A stretch of 64,000 nt of DNA from Dicyema japonicum (GCA_011109175.1 RDEW01000002.1:2308244-2372243), one strand, 5' to 3'; shown: positions 1 to 12,259, counted from the first letter of the stretch. Made by a program: numbers and translations. The notes: a model not told the origin generated them from the sequence alone.

Positions 1-1795
1 AGATGGTTCACAGCCCACAAGAAGGTCCGTCGGGAGTCTGCACACAACAGAGGAAGCCTGAATATAAACATTTAGGATACCCCAAATCTCAGGGTTCATT
101 TTCCTGACAGCAGTGGTTTTCATGTCAATGTAAGAGTTCCCCTTGCACGCAGCGAAAGTGGGAAATAACCGCATCATATTAACCCTGTCAGCCAAAACGC
201 TCAGTCCAGAAGTCTACAGTCAACACATCCCCTACCTGCTGTATTCCGTGGCGCTGTAGGCTGAGATATTTCCGGTTGAGGAGACAGTTTATCGTAGAGA
301 GGGGATTGGTTGCCTTGGTGACGGCTGAGTTCAACGCGTCCTCAATATTCGCTGTAGTCTTCCTTTCAAAAGACTGCCCAATAATCCGGCAGATCCCCTG
401 CAGCCATATTTTGAGCCGTTCCTCGGAATAAAAAGACAAAAAACCTGTAAGACGATGGACAGGATGCTCCCTGGCAGGAGGACTTCCTGATTGGCGACTG
501 AATCAGGACTGTCCTCAATGCAGTTTCCCTGTACAAAGAGAGAAGCTTCTTTAGCATGAATCTACGAGTAAAGGAGACGGGTACATCAGACATTTGATCT
601 TCTCGGAGTCCTGTTTGATGTGGACGCACACACAAGAACTAGTAATCAACCAAATGGTACCTCAGCAACCTAGTGGCAACTTCCTCGTTGGAGAGCCAAT
701 CACTAAAGTTTCCTTTTGACTTAAAAAGCCCGCCTAAATAGTTTTTGACGTGGGCCCTCGAGTAAAGCTTTTCCTGGTGGAGCTTTCCAATCATAATAGT
801 AGCACAGTTAGCGAAGAATGAGTTATCCCTGTCCCCTTGCATGATCATACTGAACAGCTGGGCATCCCCCAGATCGTCCAAAGCCTTTACAACCGTCAGA
901 AAGGGCAGCAGGTACAACTTTCTGTTGTAAACAAGCGAGATTGTCACACAACCATTCTTCAAGTAATGCAGGGTCATATGCTGCTGTGATTAGCCCCAAA
1001 AACCCCTGGCAGTTCGCTGGACCCCACGCACCTCATGGTCACTCCGAACTCTGTGTAGTTGTCCCCACGTTGCTTCCAGACCCTTCTGCTGAGCGCCAAT
1101 GGCTAAAACTCAGAAATCACGAAAAACGTAATTTCTCCGCGAACGGTCAACATCCGTATACATCTTTCAATTCCATTGACGATGAAGTACCCCCGAAGCT
1201 CTGTGATCTTAAAAACCTAAAACCTCGGCATCTTCTCCAGCCTTGATCAGTTCTCTGGGAGAAAGGTCCCGCAGGTGGCACAGCGATGACTAGAATACAA
1301 CAAATCAGAGCACGTGGAGCATTACTGGGAACAAAGTCGACAACTGACGGTCGATGTAGCACACAACCTTATCATCCACCTTACACATAAGTTCCACGTG
1401 CATTTTACCACCATAATTGGTTCTGGTTTGTCGACACTAAATAGGGGACCAAAGTACCTCAGAAGGGAGTATTTTGTCGTTCATAAAGTCAAATTCTTCT
1501 CCTGGCATGAGAATTCTGGCATTCTGAAGTTATTATGTTAAATACAGCAATGGCTAGTTCCACCCGCTGTCCGTTGATGAGCACTCCATGACTTTGCACG
1601 TTCTAGGGGGTTAGGGTGGACCTCTTACTCGGATAGCCTCGAGAAGACCATCGCCCACGAAACGGTCGTAAGAATCGATGTGGTTCTTGACTAGGTCGCG
1701 GAGTTTCTGTCAAATATTGTTGATCTGGTTACCTCGTTTGGAGTTTCGTTTATTTGGCCGAATTTTATGAGTTTTGAGCTCACTCGTTTTGTCAT
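1..1795 (-). CDS. POLR1B: RNA polymerase I second-largest subunit RPA2/RPA135, 5' part (runs off window start), 13 mini-introns of 21-26 nt
   Basis: Spliced translation from ATG 1795: MTKRVSSK..KNHIDSYDRF..LPSECRQ..GYFIVNGIER..MTLHYLKNG..EDSPDSVANQEVLLPG..EIWGFLCCVQTPDGPSCGL. These are Pol I beta-subunit motifs. Several 1-nt deletions, mostly in short homopolymers, must be assumed. Confidence 0.93.
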
Positions 1796-1979
1796 CTCAA
1801 AGTCATCCATTCAAATTGCACGTGATTAAAATTATGTTTATTCAAATTCAAATTTTTTCGTAAATTTATTTTATGAATTTTTTAAATAAAAATTGTTAAT
1901 TTTAATTAATTTAAAAAAAATTTAAATGAGACAACATTGATAAGGCTAGGTAATTTAACAATTTCTGTACATGTTCTGT

Positions 1980-2930
1980 TTAAGAATTGTCAACTTTCGC
2001 TGTTAAATACGGAACACTCCGTGAGAGTCGGTAAGCAGATGATCTAGACAGCTTCCGAAAAATTGCAATCTCGAAAACATGAAGGAGTCTAACAGAGCGG
2101 ATCATCTTGGGGTGGCACAAGGGACGCGAAGGATAATACTTTTTTATTGCGAATGTTAATTCCTTAGAAAATTGAGATGGTGACGTACCTGATTGCACAG
2201 AATGTACGATTGCTTAATGGCTGATAAATAGCATTGTCTTCCTCCTCATGGGAATGGATGAAGGAACGGAGCCAGAGGACATCGAAAACCCAATATGTTG
2301 AATCAAGGAAGTGTCAGAAACATCGAGTATTCGGATTCAAATTCATTCTGGGCTTAATTAAAGTAATTTAGACCACCAAATTGATGACAAGAGGGTAAAC
2401 GACACCCAGGAAAAAGCATTGGACGAATTTGACAAATTTCGGATGTTCTACAGCAGCAAAAAAAGTGTTGCTGGAATATATGTATCTAGCGAGTTGCATA
2501 TCAATCAAATTTTTCTTTGATGACGTTGTCGTAGTAATGAAATTGATTAAAGACTGGTCCCTCAGTTTTGGGAGGGTGTCGCTGATTAAATCACTTTTAG
2601 TTTCGACGGATTTTCCGGGATATCAACATTAGTTCGACATTACAAATGATGCTGCTTCATCCGAGATACGAGACCTTGTACCTCCTTCCCGAAATTACGG
2701 CAAGGTATCACGCTTTTTTTAGACATAAAAAATATTTTATAAGAGACCTTGATCAGAGATGACAAGTATTCATCAGTCAGCCTTGTTTTCTGAGAAAATT
2801 TAGTTGATTTCATAAAGGAAAACATGTCAACACATAGGTTAAACCGAACATTGCCATAATCATCTTTGAAATCTTTCTGAAGTTTGTAAACTATCCGGGA
2901 ATCTATAATTAGAAGCCAGATATCCACATT
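1980..2930 (-). mobile_element. Heavily decayed LINE-like remnant, possibly the endonuclease region
   Basis: Broken ORFs with no intron structure, next to an RT remnant. Resemblance is weak. Confidence 0.25.
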
Positions 2931-3049
2931 TCGAGGTATTTTGCTTCGAGTTTAGAATCAGACTGAATTTCTAACAGTTCCATCGTAACGCACGCACCTT
3001 GTAGGACAGTATCTCTGTTCTGAATCCATTGACCTACAATAATATCGGG

Positions 3050-3790
3050 TAGTGGTCTGAAGCAAGGTCATACAACACTAGCCAGGACGTCTGGAGAGCG
3101 ATGTTCGGAGCAAATGGAGAGATTGGGGGATGTGTTAGAATTGTCTTATTGTACGCTATACGTGTGATGTGTTGGAGATGGTCATTTAGGACTACGAAGC
3201 TTTCAATCTCCGACGAAAACTTCTCCTCTAGTTTATACAGTTTATCATCAGAAGACCATAGAGGAATTTGTCATTAAAATACAGAACATGATTATGTTCT
3301 TCAGGAACGAGATGAATATACGCGGATGACATCTTAATTCTGGATTCGTCTTTGAGGGCATACCTCTTAGAGCGGCGACTAGGAGCTTTTGTCGACAAAG
3401 TCCAGGATTGGTGTGATCGGAGAGCCCTGAGACTCTACGGAAAAATCCAGTTACTTATGATAAGCAGGCTGGGTAGGCATCACGAAGAGCCCTACACTCT
3501 TTGCATACCGAGAATTTCATCTCTGAAATACCTGAGGATTGCTGTAGATAAGAGAGGATCATACATGAAGGACATCGAAGAGCGAAGGAAGAAGGCTGTG
3601 CAAGTACTGTTCTGCACTAGAAGCCTAAAGTTGGATGGTGATACCATGCTCTTTGTCTTTCGGATGTGATTCTTCCAAGACTTATTTACGGACACGATGA
3701 GAATTGAGGATTTTATGTTCGAACGCTAGAAGAGCCGTAGATAGGTGGAATTGGTGAAGAGTTCATGCCTCAAGTGACGTTATCTCTTTT
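3050..3790 (+). mobile_element. Decayed non-LTR retrotransposon RT fragment
   Basis: ADDILILD motif near 3320, followed by thumb-like VDKVQDWC..LKYLRIAVDK; contains stops and frameshifts. Confidence 0.6.
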
Positions 3791-4275
3791 TGTAACTCCA
3801 AATGAGGTAAAAGTGAAATCCCATGTGATATCAATACAAGCTTAAGATTTTCAAAACGAGAAAATGGCCACATAGGTGTGTCTGGTTTTATTGTTAAAAT
3901 GAACTTTTGGGAATCAATTTGGAGTTAACGATTACATGGGCGCTTCTAAATAAAAGTGGTCGAAATATTATTGTGTTAAATGAGGTTTTCAAATTCAAAC
4001 AACAGATGGACCACGTGGGCTGGTCTCTAAAAAGAGGTCGAAAATTATCGATTATCATACGAATTATGTTCTAAACTTTGAAGGAATATTTATGCTAATT
4101 TTCTGTTTTAGGCCTGCTCACGCCTCAGAGACAACATGAGCAGGTCTCCATGTGAGGAGAGTATACTTGGTTGTGAGGAAAGAGAGAGGGTATACCTGAA
4201 GGCTGCTAGTAAATATATAATCGTAGATATTCGACTTAAAGTACTTAATGATTTGTTTGAGAGGCTTTTCCATAA

Positions 4276-6932
4276 AAAGCAGTGCATGCTGTTGAGGCTC
4301 TGATCTCCACCATCAAGGATGTTTTGAAGCCTGACGCCGTTTCTTCGGAATGGGTTAAATTTTTCCTTTTCCCGTCACTCACTCTTGGGATCAGCAGACC
4401 AACGGAAGCATCCACTTCTCTCGCAACGAATATCAAAAAGAGAGTTAGACTGTTTCTAAATGAACATAAAATGTCACTTACTGCTTTAAAATCAACTCAA
4501 ATTGCACCCCGGAGTTCAAAGCGTCCGAAAACGGAGGAACTTCGCTTAATAAAGAAACTAATCAGGATGAAACTTATGGAAGGCGATATTCGTGGTGCTG
4601 TACGGCTATTAGTTTGTGATCCTGGGACACTTAAAAACACCCCTGAAACGCTCATGTCTTTACGAGAAAAACACCCCGGATCCCCCGAAGACTTGAGAAC
4701 TATAAAACCTTTCCACGAGGAACAATTGCTCGCCTCTAACGAAGATATAATCACCTCCCTGCGTTCATTTCGTCCTAGTAGTGGAGGTGGTATTGATGGC
4801 TTGAGACCCGGTCACCTACGTGATCTCACAGCTCCAATGATGGGATCTGTCGGAAAGGATCTTTCGAATGTTATTTGCGAACTGATCAACAAAATTCTTT
4901 CTGGATGTTTGTCTCCTTTCGGTCGAGATATGTTATTTTCTGCTAATCTTGTTGCTCTCCGAAAGCCTGACGGCGGTGTCAGACCGATTGCTATTGGAAA
5001 CGTGTTCAGGAGACTTGCAGCTAAAGTCGCTTGCTTTTCTGGGGTTCAAAGATTACTTCCTATTTTCAGTCCTATACAGATGGGCGTTGGAGTTCGTGGC
5101 GGTGCAGAGGCTTGTGTCCACGCAGTGAGGAGTTTTTTCACGTCGTCGTCCGAATGCAAAGAGGACGTTGTTGTCTGCAAAGTAGATCTTAAGAACGCAT
5201 TTAATTCCATAAGGAGAGATCATTTATTGGAGTTATGCCAAAAATATTTACCACATATTTGGGAGATTGTTCGCCTTTCATATTCTAATCCATCATCATT
5301 GGTTTTCCACGATGCCATCATTAAATCACGAACTGGTGTTCAACAAGGCGACCCACTTGGACCTCTTCTCTTTGCTTTGGGGATCCAGGGAGTAGCCGCA
5401 TGCTTAAAATCACCTTTAAATTTATGGTATTTGGATGACGGAATCATTGGTGGACATCCAGATACAGTTTTGGAGGACGTGCGTCGTTTGATATCTGAAT
5501 TCGAAGCGATTGGCCTTTCTGTCAACAAGGCCAAATGTGAATTAATCAAGATCAATTTGAGTCCCGATCTGACTACTTTCTACAATGACCAGTTTAAATA
5601 CACTCTCGAAAATTATGCATCGGTTCCAGTTGGGGAGTCTCTGTTCCTCGGTTCTCCTATATTCGAAAACCAAATTGTGGACGTGTTTAAAGAAAGGACA
5701 ATAGAGCTCGGTACTTTTGAGACCCGTTTGCGGCATGTTGACAACCATATTGCCCTCTTCCTATTGAGACACTGCTTGTCCATTCCAAGATTAAACTATT
5801 TACTAAGGACTGCACCATGTTATAAGTGTGATTCCCTTTTAATGGAATACTCTGATTGCCTCAAAAGATGTACTGAATTCGTACTTAACGTTTCTCTTGA
5901 TACCCCTGGATGGATACAGACTCAATTACCGATATCATTGGGTGGAATCGGTCTTACTACTCCCTGCCAAATTGCTGGCCCGGCGTATTTTGCCTCAAAA
6001 CTTTCATGCAAAAACCAAGTGGACTCAATTCTTTCAAAGCTTCCATCTCGGAAACTGTCCAATGACTTGGTTGAATACATGGACGTGTGGGAAGTGAAGG
6101 GCTTAGCGAGCCGCGTAATCCAGACCAACAATCGTCTTGGATGATCCATAGATGGAATGCTCTGGCATCCAACCTAGTCAGCCGGCTCTCTGGACATCGC
6201 CTGGATTGTTTCCAAAATTCGAGGGAGGCGGTTGATGGATCTTGGCTTGGGGTTTACCCATGTCAAGAAGTTGGTGGATTGTTGGATGATGACTCACTTC
6301 GTACAGCTGTATGTCTACACCTCGGATTGCCTGTTTGCACCAAATCGAAGTGCAAATGTGGCTGTCTATCGGACGAACTGGGTCTCCACCTCCTCTCATG
6401 CCGGAGCGGAATTGGCAGATCTTCTCGACATTCGGCAATGAACGGCATCATTAAGAGGGCATTAGAATCGGCTGGATTCCGTTGCCGGATCGAACCGACT
6501 GGTCTATTTGACAACGGAAGACGCCCTGACGGCATGACCTCCTTTCCTTTTGAGCGAGGGCGAAACCTTGTATGGGATGTGACCTGTGTCTGCTCTTTCG
6601 CCCCAAGCAAAAAAAATAATTCACCGGGCAGACCTTCTTCTCAAGCAGAGGAAGTAAAAAATGCTAAATATTCGGATATCAGCGACAGGTACATTTTCGC
6701 ACCTGTCGCGATTGAAACTTCGGGGAACTTTGGCCCTAAAACGCTGAAGTTCCTGAACCATTTGGAAAACTACTAACTGACAAAACTGGTGATCTTCGTG
6801 AGACGAGATGGCTCAAGGAGAGGCTCTCGTTGGCTGTTGTCCGTGGGAATAGCTTGTGCATCTCCCAACAGCTGAATTAAAATTAACTATTCTTTTTCCT
6901 TTTTCCTAATAAAATACATTATAAAAAAAAAA
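4276..6932 (+). mobile_element. CRE-clade non-LTR retrotransposon (RT, Cys/His knuckle, RLE endonuclease), 5'-truncated, poly(A)-tailed
   Basis: ORFs 4282-6144 and 6087-6776 plus a tail to 6880: GIDGLRPGHL, KPDGGVRPIAIG, QMGVGVRGGAE, GVQQGDPLGPLLF, WYLDDG, CKCG..HLLSC, RH, RPDG..WDVT, VRGNS. Followed by AATAAA and an A10 run. Confidence 0.92.
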
Positions 6933-7648
6933 TAGGAAATTTAGTAGGAGCTAGTTAGATTAAGTGAAATATAGACAGTTATCATTATTTTAATAGCTAA
7001 TGCTAGTATTGGATTATCTAATCATAATAGACACATGACGCCTCTCTATTAACAAGGGATTAATGACTAATCGTAAAGTATTCCTTTAGGTTTAACACAA
7101 TTGAGTAGCTCTAACATTGATGGGTATGATTAAAATGCTAGACAATTCCTTTCAGCTTAACACATTTTGGAAGGCTAACATCGCTAGGAAAGACTGATTA
7201 AAATATCAGAGAAAAATCATCTTAAAATTAGCACATGTTAAAAGATTACATTAATTAAATAGACAAATTTTCCTTAGTCTACCACATTTTATTGAAAACG
7301 CTGTCTCTGGTAAGATTAAGAGTCTCAATAGATTAGATGAGATTAAACATGATTAATGAGGTTTAAAACATCAAAAGACCCAAAAGAGCAGTTAATAAAC
7401 AACTATATATTCCCACATAAATTTTATTTAATACAGATATTAAAATAATTAAAATAAAAATATTAAAATTTATATTATTTATTAAAATTCGACCGCCTTC
7501 ATAATGCCAAAAACGTGTGAATTGTTTTTAAATAAATTAATTTTAACGCCACAATCGTTACTTAAATGACACATTTACGTATTTATTACTGACATTAAGG
7601 TATGTCCTCGACTAAATGATCCTCCCCATAAATACTAATCCCTGTAGA

Positions 7649-9661
7649 ATGAAATACGTATTTGTCACCGGAGGAGTCGTCAGTGGTCTTGGCAAGGGAG
7701 TAGCCTCGTGTTCATTGGGAGTGATCCTCCAATCCATAGGCTTTTGCGTGACAGCCATCAAAATCGACCCTTATCTCAACGTGGATGCTGGGACATTCTC
7801 CCCTTATGAGCATGGTTGAGTCAGTCTCTCATTCAAGGAGAGGTCTTTGTCCTCAATGACGGCAGTGAGGTGGATCTCGACTTGGGGAACTACGAACGCT
7901 TCCTGGGGATCTCCCTAACAGGGCAGCACAACATCACCACAGGAAAGGTGTACAAACAGGTCATCGAAAATGAACGAGAAGGGCGATATTTGGGCAAAAC
8001 TGTACAAAGTCAGTTCAGTTTCTTTATATTAGTCGTCCCCCATATTACAGATCATATACGAAAGCTCATTGAAGAGGTCTCACATCTCCCCGTAATGGGC
8101 CGCGATGGGAAAGAGAGGGTACCCGACGTCTGTATAGTCGAGGTTGGGGTATCTCTATAAGTCCAGTTTGGTGGAACTGTGGGGGATATTGAAGGAATGC
8201 CATTCTACGAGGCAGCTCGTCAAATGATGTACCACATGGACAACGAGGATGTCTTCACTGTGCATGTCTCGCTGGTCCCCGAAGTATTGATGTGCTCTCA
8301 ATCTAGCTAAACACAACGGGGGAGCAAAAAACGAAACCGACTCAGCATTCGGTCAAAAAACTGAGGGAGGTTGGACTAATTCCTGATTTGGTTGTCATCA
8401 AACTGACTCGTAGCTGATTTGTAGGTCCACCAATCCTCTGGATGAGAACATTCTCCGGAAAATCTCCTCATTTTGCTACACAAAGCCCTTCAACGTACTC
8501 ATTTAGTTTACTGGAGGTTATAAACTGCCATGACGTCGACAGCATTTATCTGGTCCCTTCTTTGATGATGGAACAGAGTGTGGACAAGATCCTGATCAGT
8601 CGCCTCAATCTGTTCCCCCTCGTGCTGGCTGGGAAGATCCCCTCTTCTGAGAACCTGGCTAAGTTCAGAGAATTCGGCAAAAAGTACCCTTTTCTGCTAA
8701 AACAAGGCATAATTCCGTCAGAGAACCCACCAGAATAGCTGTGGTAGGCAAATACACTAAAATGGGGGACACCTATCTCTCCCTTTACCAGGCTCTCCAA
8801 CGAGCTTCCTTGCACGTGGACAGAAAGTTAATTATCGAAGTTGTTCGGTGTGTTTTACCTAGAAAATTGAATCCACGTGTCTCGAAGACCCAGCCACGCA
8901 GATTACGAGAAGAATGGAGAACTCTGAGTTCTTGCGAGTTATTTTTGTGATTTATTGGATCTAGTGGTATTTTGGTCCCCCCTGGCTATGGGGAGAGGGG
9001 AACTGAAGGAATGATCAAGGCGGTGAGATTTGCCCGCGAAAATAATGTCCCCTTTTTTGGTTCTGGCTCGTCCTTACTGTAGGGATCTGCTTTGGAATGC
9101 AAATGGCTGTGATTGAGTTTGGGAGACACGTGTGTCACCTGGAACGTGCAAATTCCACGGAATGTGATGAAGACACTCCTCACCCTGTGGTATCTGTTAT
9201 GGCTGACTCAAGATTATCATCATGACTGAACACAACCAGGGACAAATGGGGGGCACTATGCGACTTGGGAGTCAGAAATCGGTGTTTTCGCAGGAATACC
9301 CGGACTCCATTTCAAGTCACGTGGTTATCTAAGTCGTAGAGAGGCTGTTCAATGACGCTGAGTGCATTTTTCAACGTCACAGACATCGCTATGAGGTCAA
9401 CCCCAGTTATGTGGGGACCATGACTGAGAAGGGACTCCAATTTGTAGCAAAAACGCCGGATTCTGTAAGAATGGAAATTGCTGAGCTTCCCAAGTCCGGT
9501 CTGTCTGTTGATTTACTTTAGTTCACCCTTATTTTGTTGGGGTTCAGTTTCACCCCGAGTTCCTGTCCTCTGTTGAACGCCCATGTCCATTTTTTGTAGG
9601 ATTTGTGACTGCTTCTAGTGAGCATACTAGGAAGGGTCACGTGCTCACTAATGGTTGTTGA
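7649..9661 (+). CDS. CTPS: CTP synthase, complete, 13 mini-introns of 22-27 nt
   Basis: Spliced: [36 protein letters not shown]|[47 protein letters not shown]. First intron is 7815-7837. One local frame problem at 8889-8912. Confidence 0.96.
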
Positions 9662-9859
9662 TTTTTTGGATTTTTTACTTAAATTGTCTTTGCGTTCATT
9701 TTTTGAAATATTCTTTGTGAACCTGAACTAGCGATTCAGACGGGAACCAATAGTCTAACAGCGCCTAGCTGGTGGACGCTAGTAAATTTCAAATCTAGCC
9801 TTTTACAGTAAGTTGGTGCCGGTCTTCGCCTTATAGGGGTTCCTGGTCAATTATTGATA

Positions 9860-10140
9860 TTAAATTATTTTAAAGACTCAGAATAAATCCGAACTAATTC
9901 CGTGATCCTGACGTGGTCCAGTAGAACCCTCATTCAAACACAGTGATCCAGAAAACATTGTCCAGGTAGTTAAGGCCGAGGTCAGAACTCGTCGCAAGGG
10001 TGAAATAGTTTCCCAGTGGAATGAATAGATGGATCCTTTCGAGTGCCTGTCAGTCATTGGCTGTCTCCGAGTAAGGCGAATCTGATGACTCCCTTAAAAA
10101 TAAGAAAGAATAATTTCAAACAAGTACCTACATGGCTAAT
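9860..10140 (-). mobile_element. LINE 3'-end fragment, related to 20435-20720
   Basis: Nucleotide similarity between the two loci (gaatagatggaYcctttYga, tgatccaga) and the short 3' end shared by this LINE group. Confidence 0.5.
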
Positions 10141-11040
10141 TTTTAAATTCCCGACCAATAGATTTTTTGGATAAAGAACATCCTAAAACTCACTAATTTT
10201 AAGTAGAACACCATAAAAACCAATTTTCAGCATAATTGATAGATTTTTAGGGATTTTCTGAAATCATTAAAAATTATTGTTTTATAGAGGGTAAATTGAA
10301 AACCCAATCTTCATTCCTGATTACTCGTATACACGTGTTGAAAAGTTGACTAAAACAGTAAACCTCTACCTTGATCACCAGAATCCAATTGAGCGAACTG
10401 AGCCCTATTCACCTCGGAGTTGGAATTCCTTACGGATGTGAATCGACAATTCATTCAGTCCAAAATTTCATTGCCAGTCCGTCTGACACTCAGGATGTAA
10501 TAAATAGTTAAAACTGGATATCCGCGATGCTTTCAATAGCATTCGCAGAAATGGAATCAAAGAGGCAAGTGATTCCAGTATCCCGGAAATTAGCAGGATG
10601 ATAAAACTCACACACCCTCTAATCCAAGACTGGAGTCCAACAGGGCGACTTGCCAATAAATATGAGAAAGTACCAGAAGCATTGCGATAGCAACTAATTA
10701 AAGTACCGCGAATGCACTTTAAATCTTTATTTCCGTTGGAAGTAGAGGAAAAAAAGAGGTTTAAAAAAACGTCGACACATAAAGATCGTTTTTGCTGACA
10801 ATTTTTCCAAGAGATAAACATTGCGATTTCTGTGTGTAGGAATAAACTCTGGTTGTGCCTCAAGAGTATTTAAGAATTCAGACCCGGGGGTAGTAAATTC
10901 GTTATCATTATTGTACAAACGAGTGGGTGCATTTCCTTACAGATCGTCGGGGTGGGGGGAGTGGGAGAAATGAGTTCTCAAATCTGGGAGCAACCAGCGG
11001 TGGTTAACTGTTTGTGTTAAAATTATCAGAATTATCAAAA

Positions 11041-11341
11041 TTAGTAGTCCAAAGTACAAACTTTGCAGGTAACAGGGCATATTTGCTTCAGGTTTTCATC
11101 ACAGTTTGATCTGACGTATAAGCAAATTGAGGCCCAATTTCTACACTCTGAAATAATTAAATGTCATTTACCGCCACATAAGTTACAGGTTTGCATACAC
11201 AAAAGGTTTCTCTGTGTCGATTCAATTCCACAGTTTATATTTTTACAGTATTTTGGTCCTAAAAGATCATAGCAATCTATAAACAGTACAACATTTACTG
11301 TCAACGATTAGGATCAATCCAATAATGAACGAAACAAACAT
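11041..11341 (-). CDS. Small secreted protein with two tandem ShK (ShKT) six-cysteine domains, 84 aa
   Basis: Exons 11341-11299, 11276-11172 and 11147-11041, with GT-AG introns of 22 and 24 nt. Protein: MFVSFIIGLILIVDNCYDLLGPKYCKNINCGIESTQRNLLCMQTCNLCGECRNWASICLYVRSNCDENLKQICPVTCKVCTLDY*. Hydrophobic leader and two CxxxCxxC ends. Confidence 0.88.
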
Positions 11342-11614
11342 GTATTTATTTTTTGAAGGTGAAATTTTAATTAAAAAATAAATTAATTAATTTTAAAAAA
11401 TCTATCTTACATATAATTTCAAATTTCCTACAGGAAAAATTAATTCACACTCTTTTTTCTACAACCCTTCTCGACACTTTTCTTTTTTGCTGTAGAACTT
11501 CCATTTCACGCCTATTTGTCACAGCAGATTCTCCGTGTTTTATGAACATGGAACTTTTGAAGATCTTCGAAAGACGGTAAGGTGGAATATGTTGCTGAGC
11601 AAAGGAAATCAGTA

Positions 11615-12225
11615 TTGCGAAAAGAATGATTAGAAAATAAGGTAAAGCGACTAGGGAGATAAAAAAACAGATAATACTGGCTGGAAATGGGAAATCCTGA
11701 TTTTTGGATATTATTTTCGAAAATAATTAAATCTGAAAGATAGGTAAGGAGATGTGTCTCAAGTCTTGAGGTGGTATCCTAATTTTAAATAAAAAGTGAC
11801 AGAAGCATTGAGAGAGCAAATTGCTTTAGCAATAAGAAGTAGAGATAAATTTAAATTTCAGTTGAAAGAAAGAAAAACGTGAGAAATTGTAAAAGAAAAT
11901 TGTCGAAAATTATAGACGAATTAGCTGTATCTGTTCTATGAGAAAAATTAAGGAAAAGTCTGTTTTTAATCGATTATCGGATGCTAATGAAGAAAACTGC
12001 TTTCTGATCATCAATGGAGACTCCATTGGGACCGTAACACTGAAGATCTTGAGAGAACTGTGGACGGCGATTCATAATTCAAAAAGTTAAAAAATACCTT
12101 ATTAATGTTTGTTCTGAAGCACTTTGAGAATATTATGATTTCAGACTGAACGCCTCCAAGAAATTGTATTTGGGACACTCTCTGTATTTGGGACCATTAT
12201 CTTTTGGGGAGGGGTTGAACTGTAT
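11615..12225 (+). mobile_element. Decayed pogo/Tigger-like DNA transposon fragment
   Basis: Degenerate Lys-rich coding remnant, subterminal tgtatttgggac direct repeats, ends in CTG-TA. Confidence 0.4.
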
Positions 12226-12259
12226 TAGTAATTATTATTATTTAAGCCAAAGGAACACA

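Noticed and set aside
59-81. U12-type intron (donor GTATCCT) in RPA2
   Set aside because: One partial match among 34 highly variable donors, and no U12 branch sequence.
7616-9183. Stop-codon reassignment or a prokaryotic pseudogene as the cause of fragmented CTPS ORFs
   Set aside because: The stops fall within removable GT-AG mini-introns or in off-frame readings; the standard code suffices.
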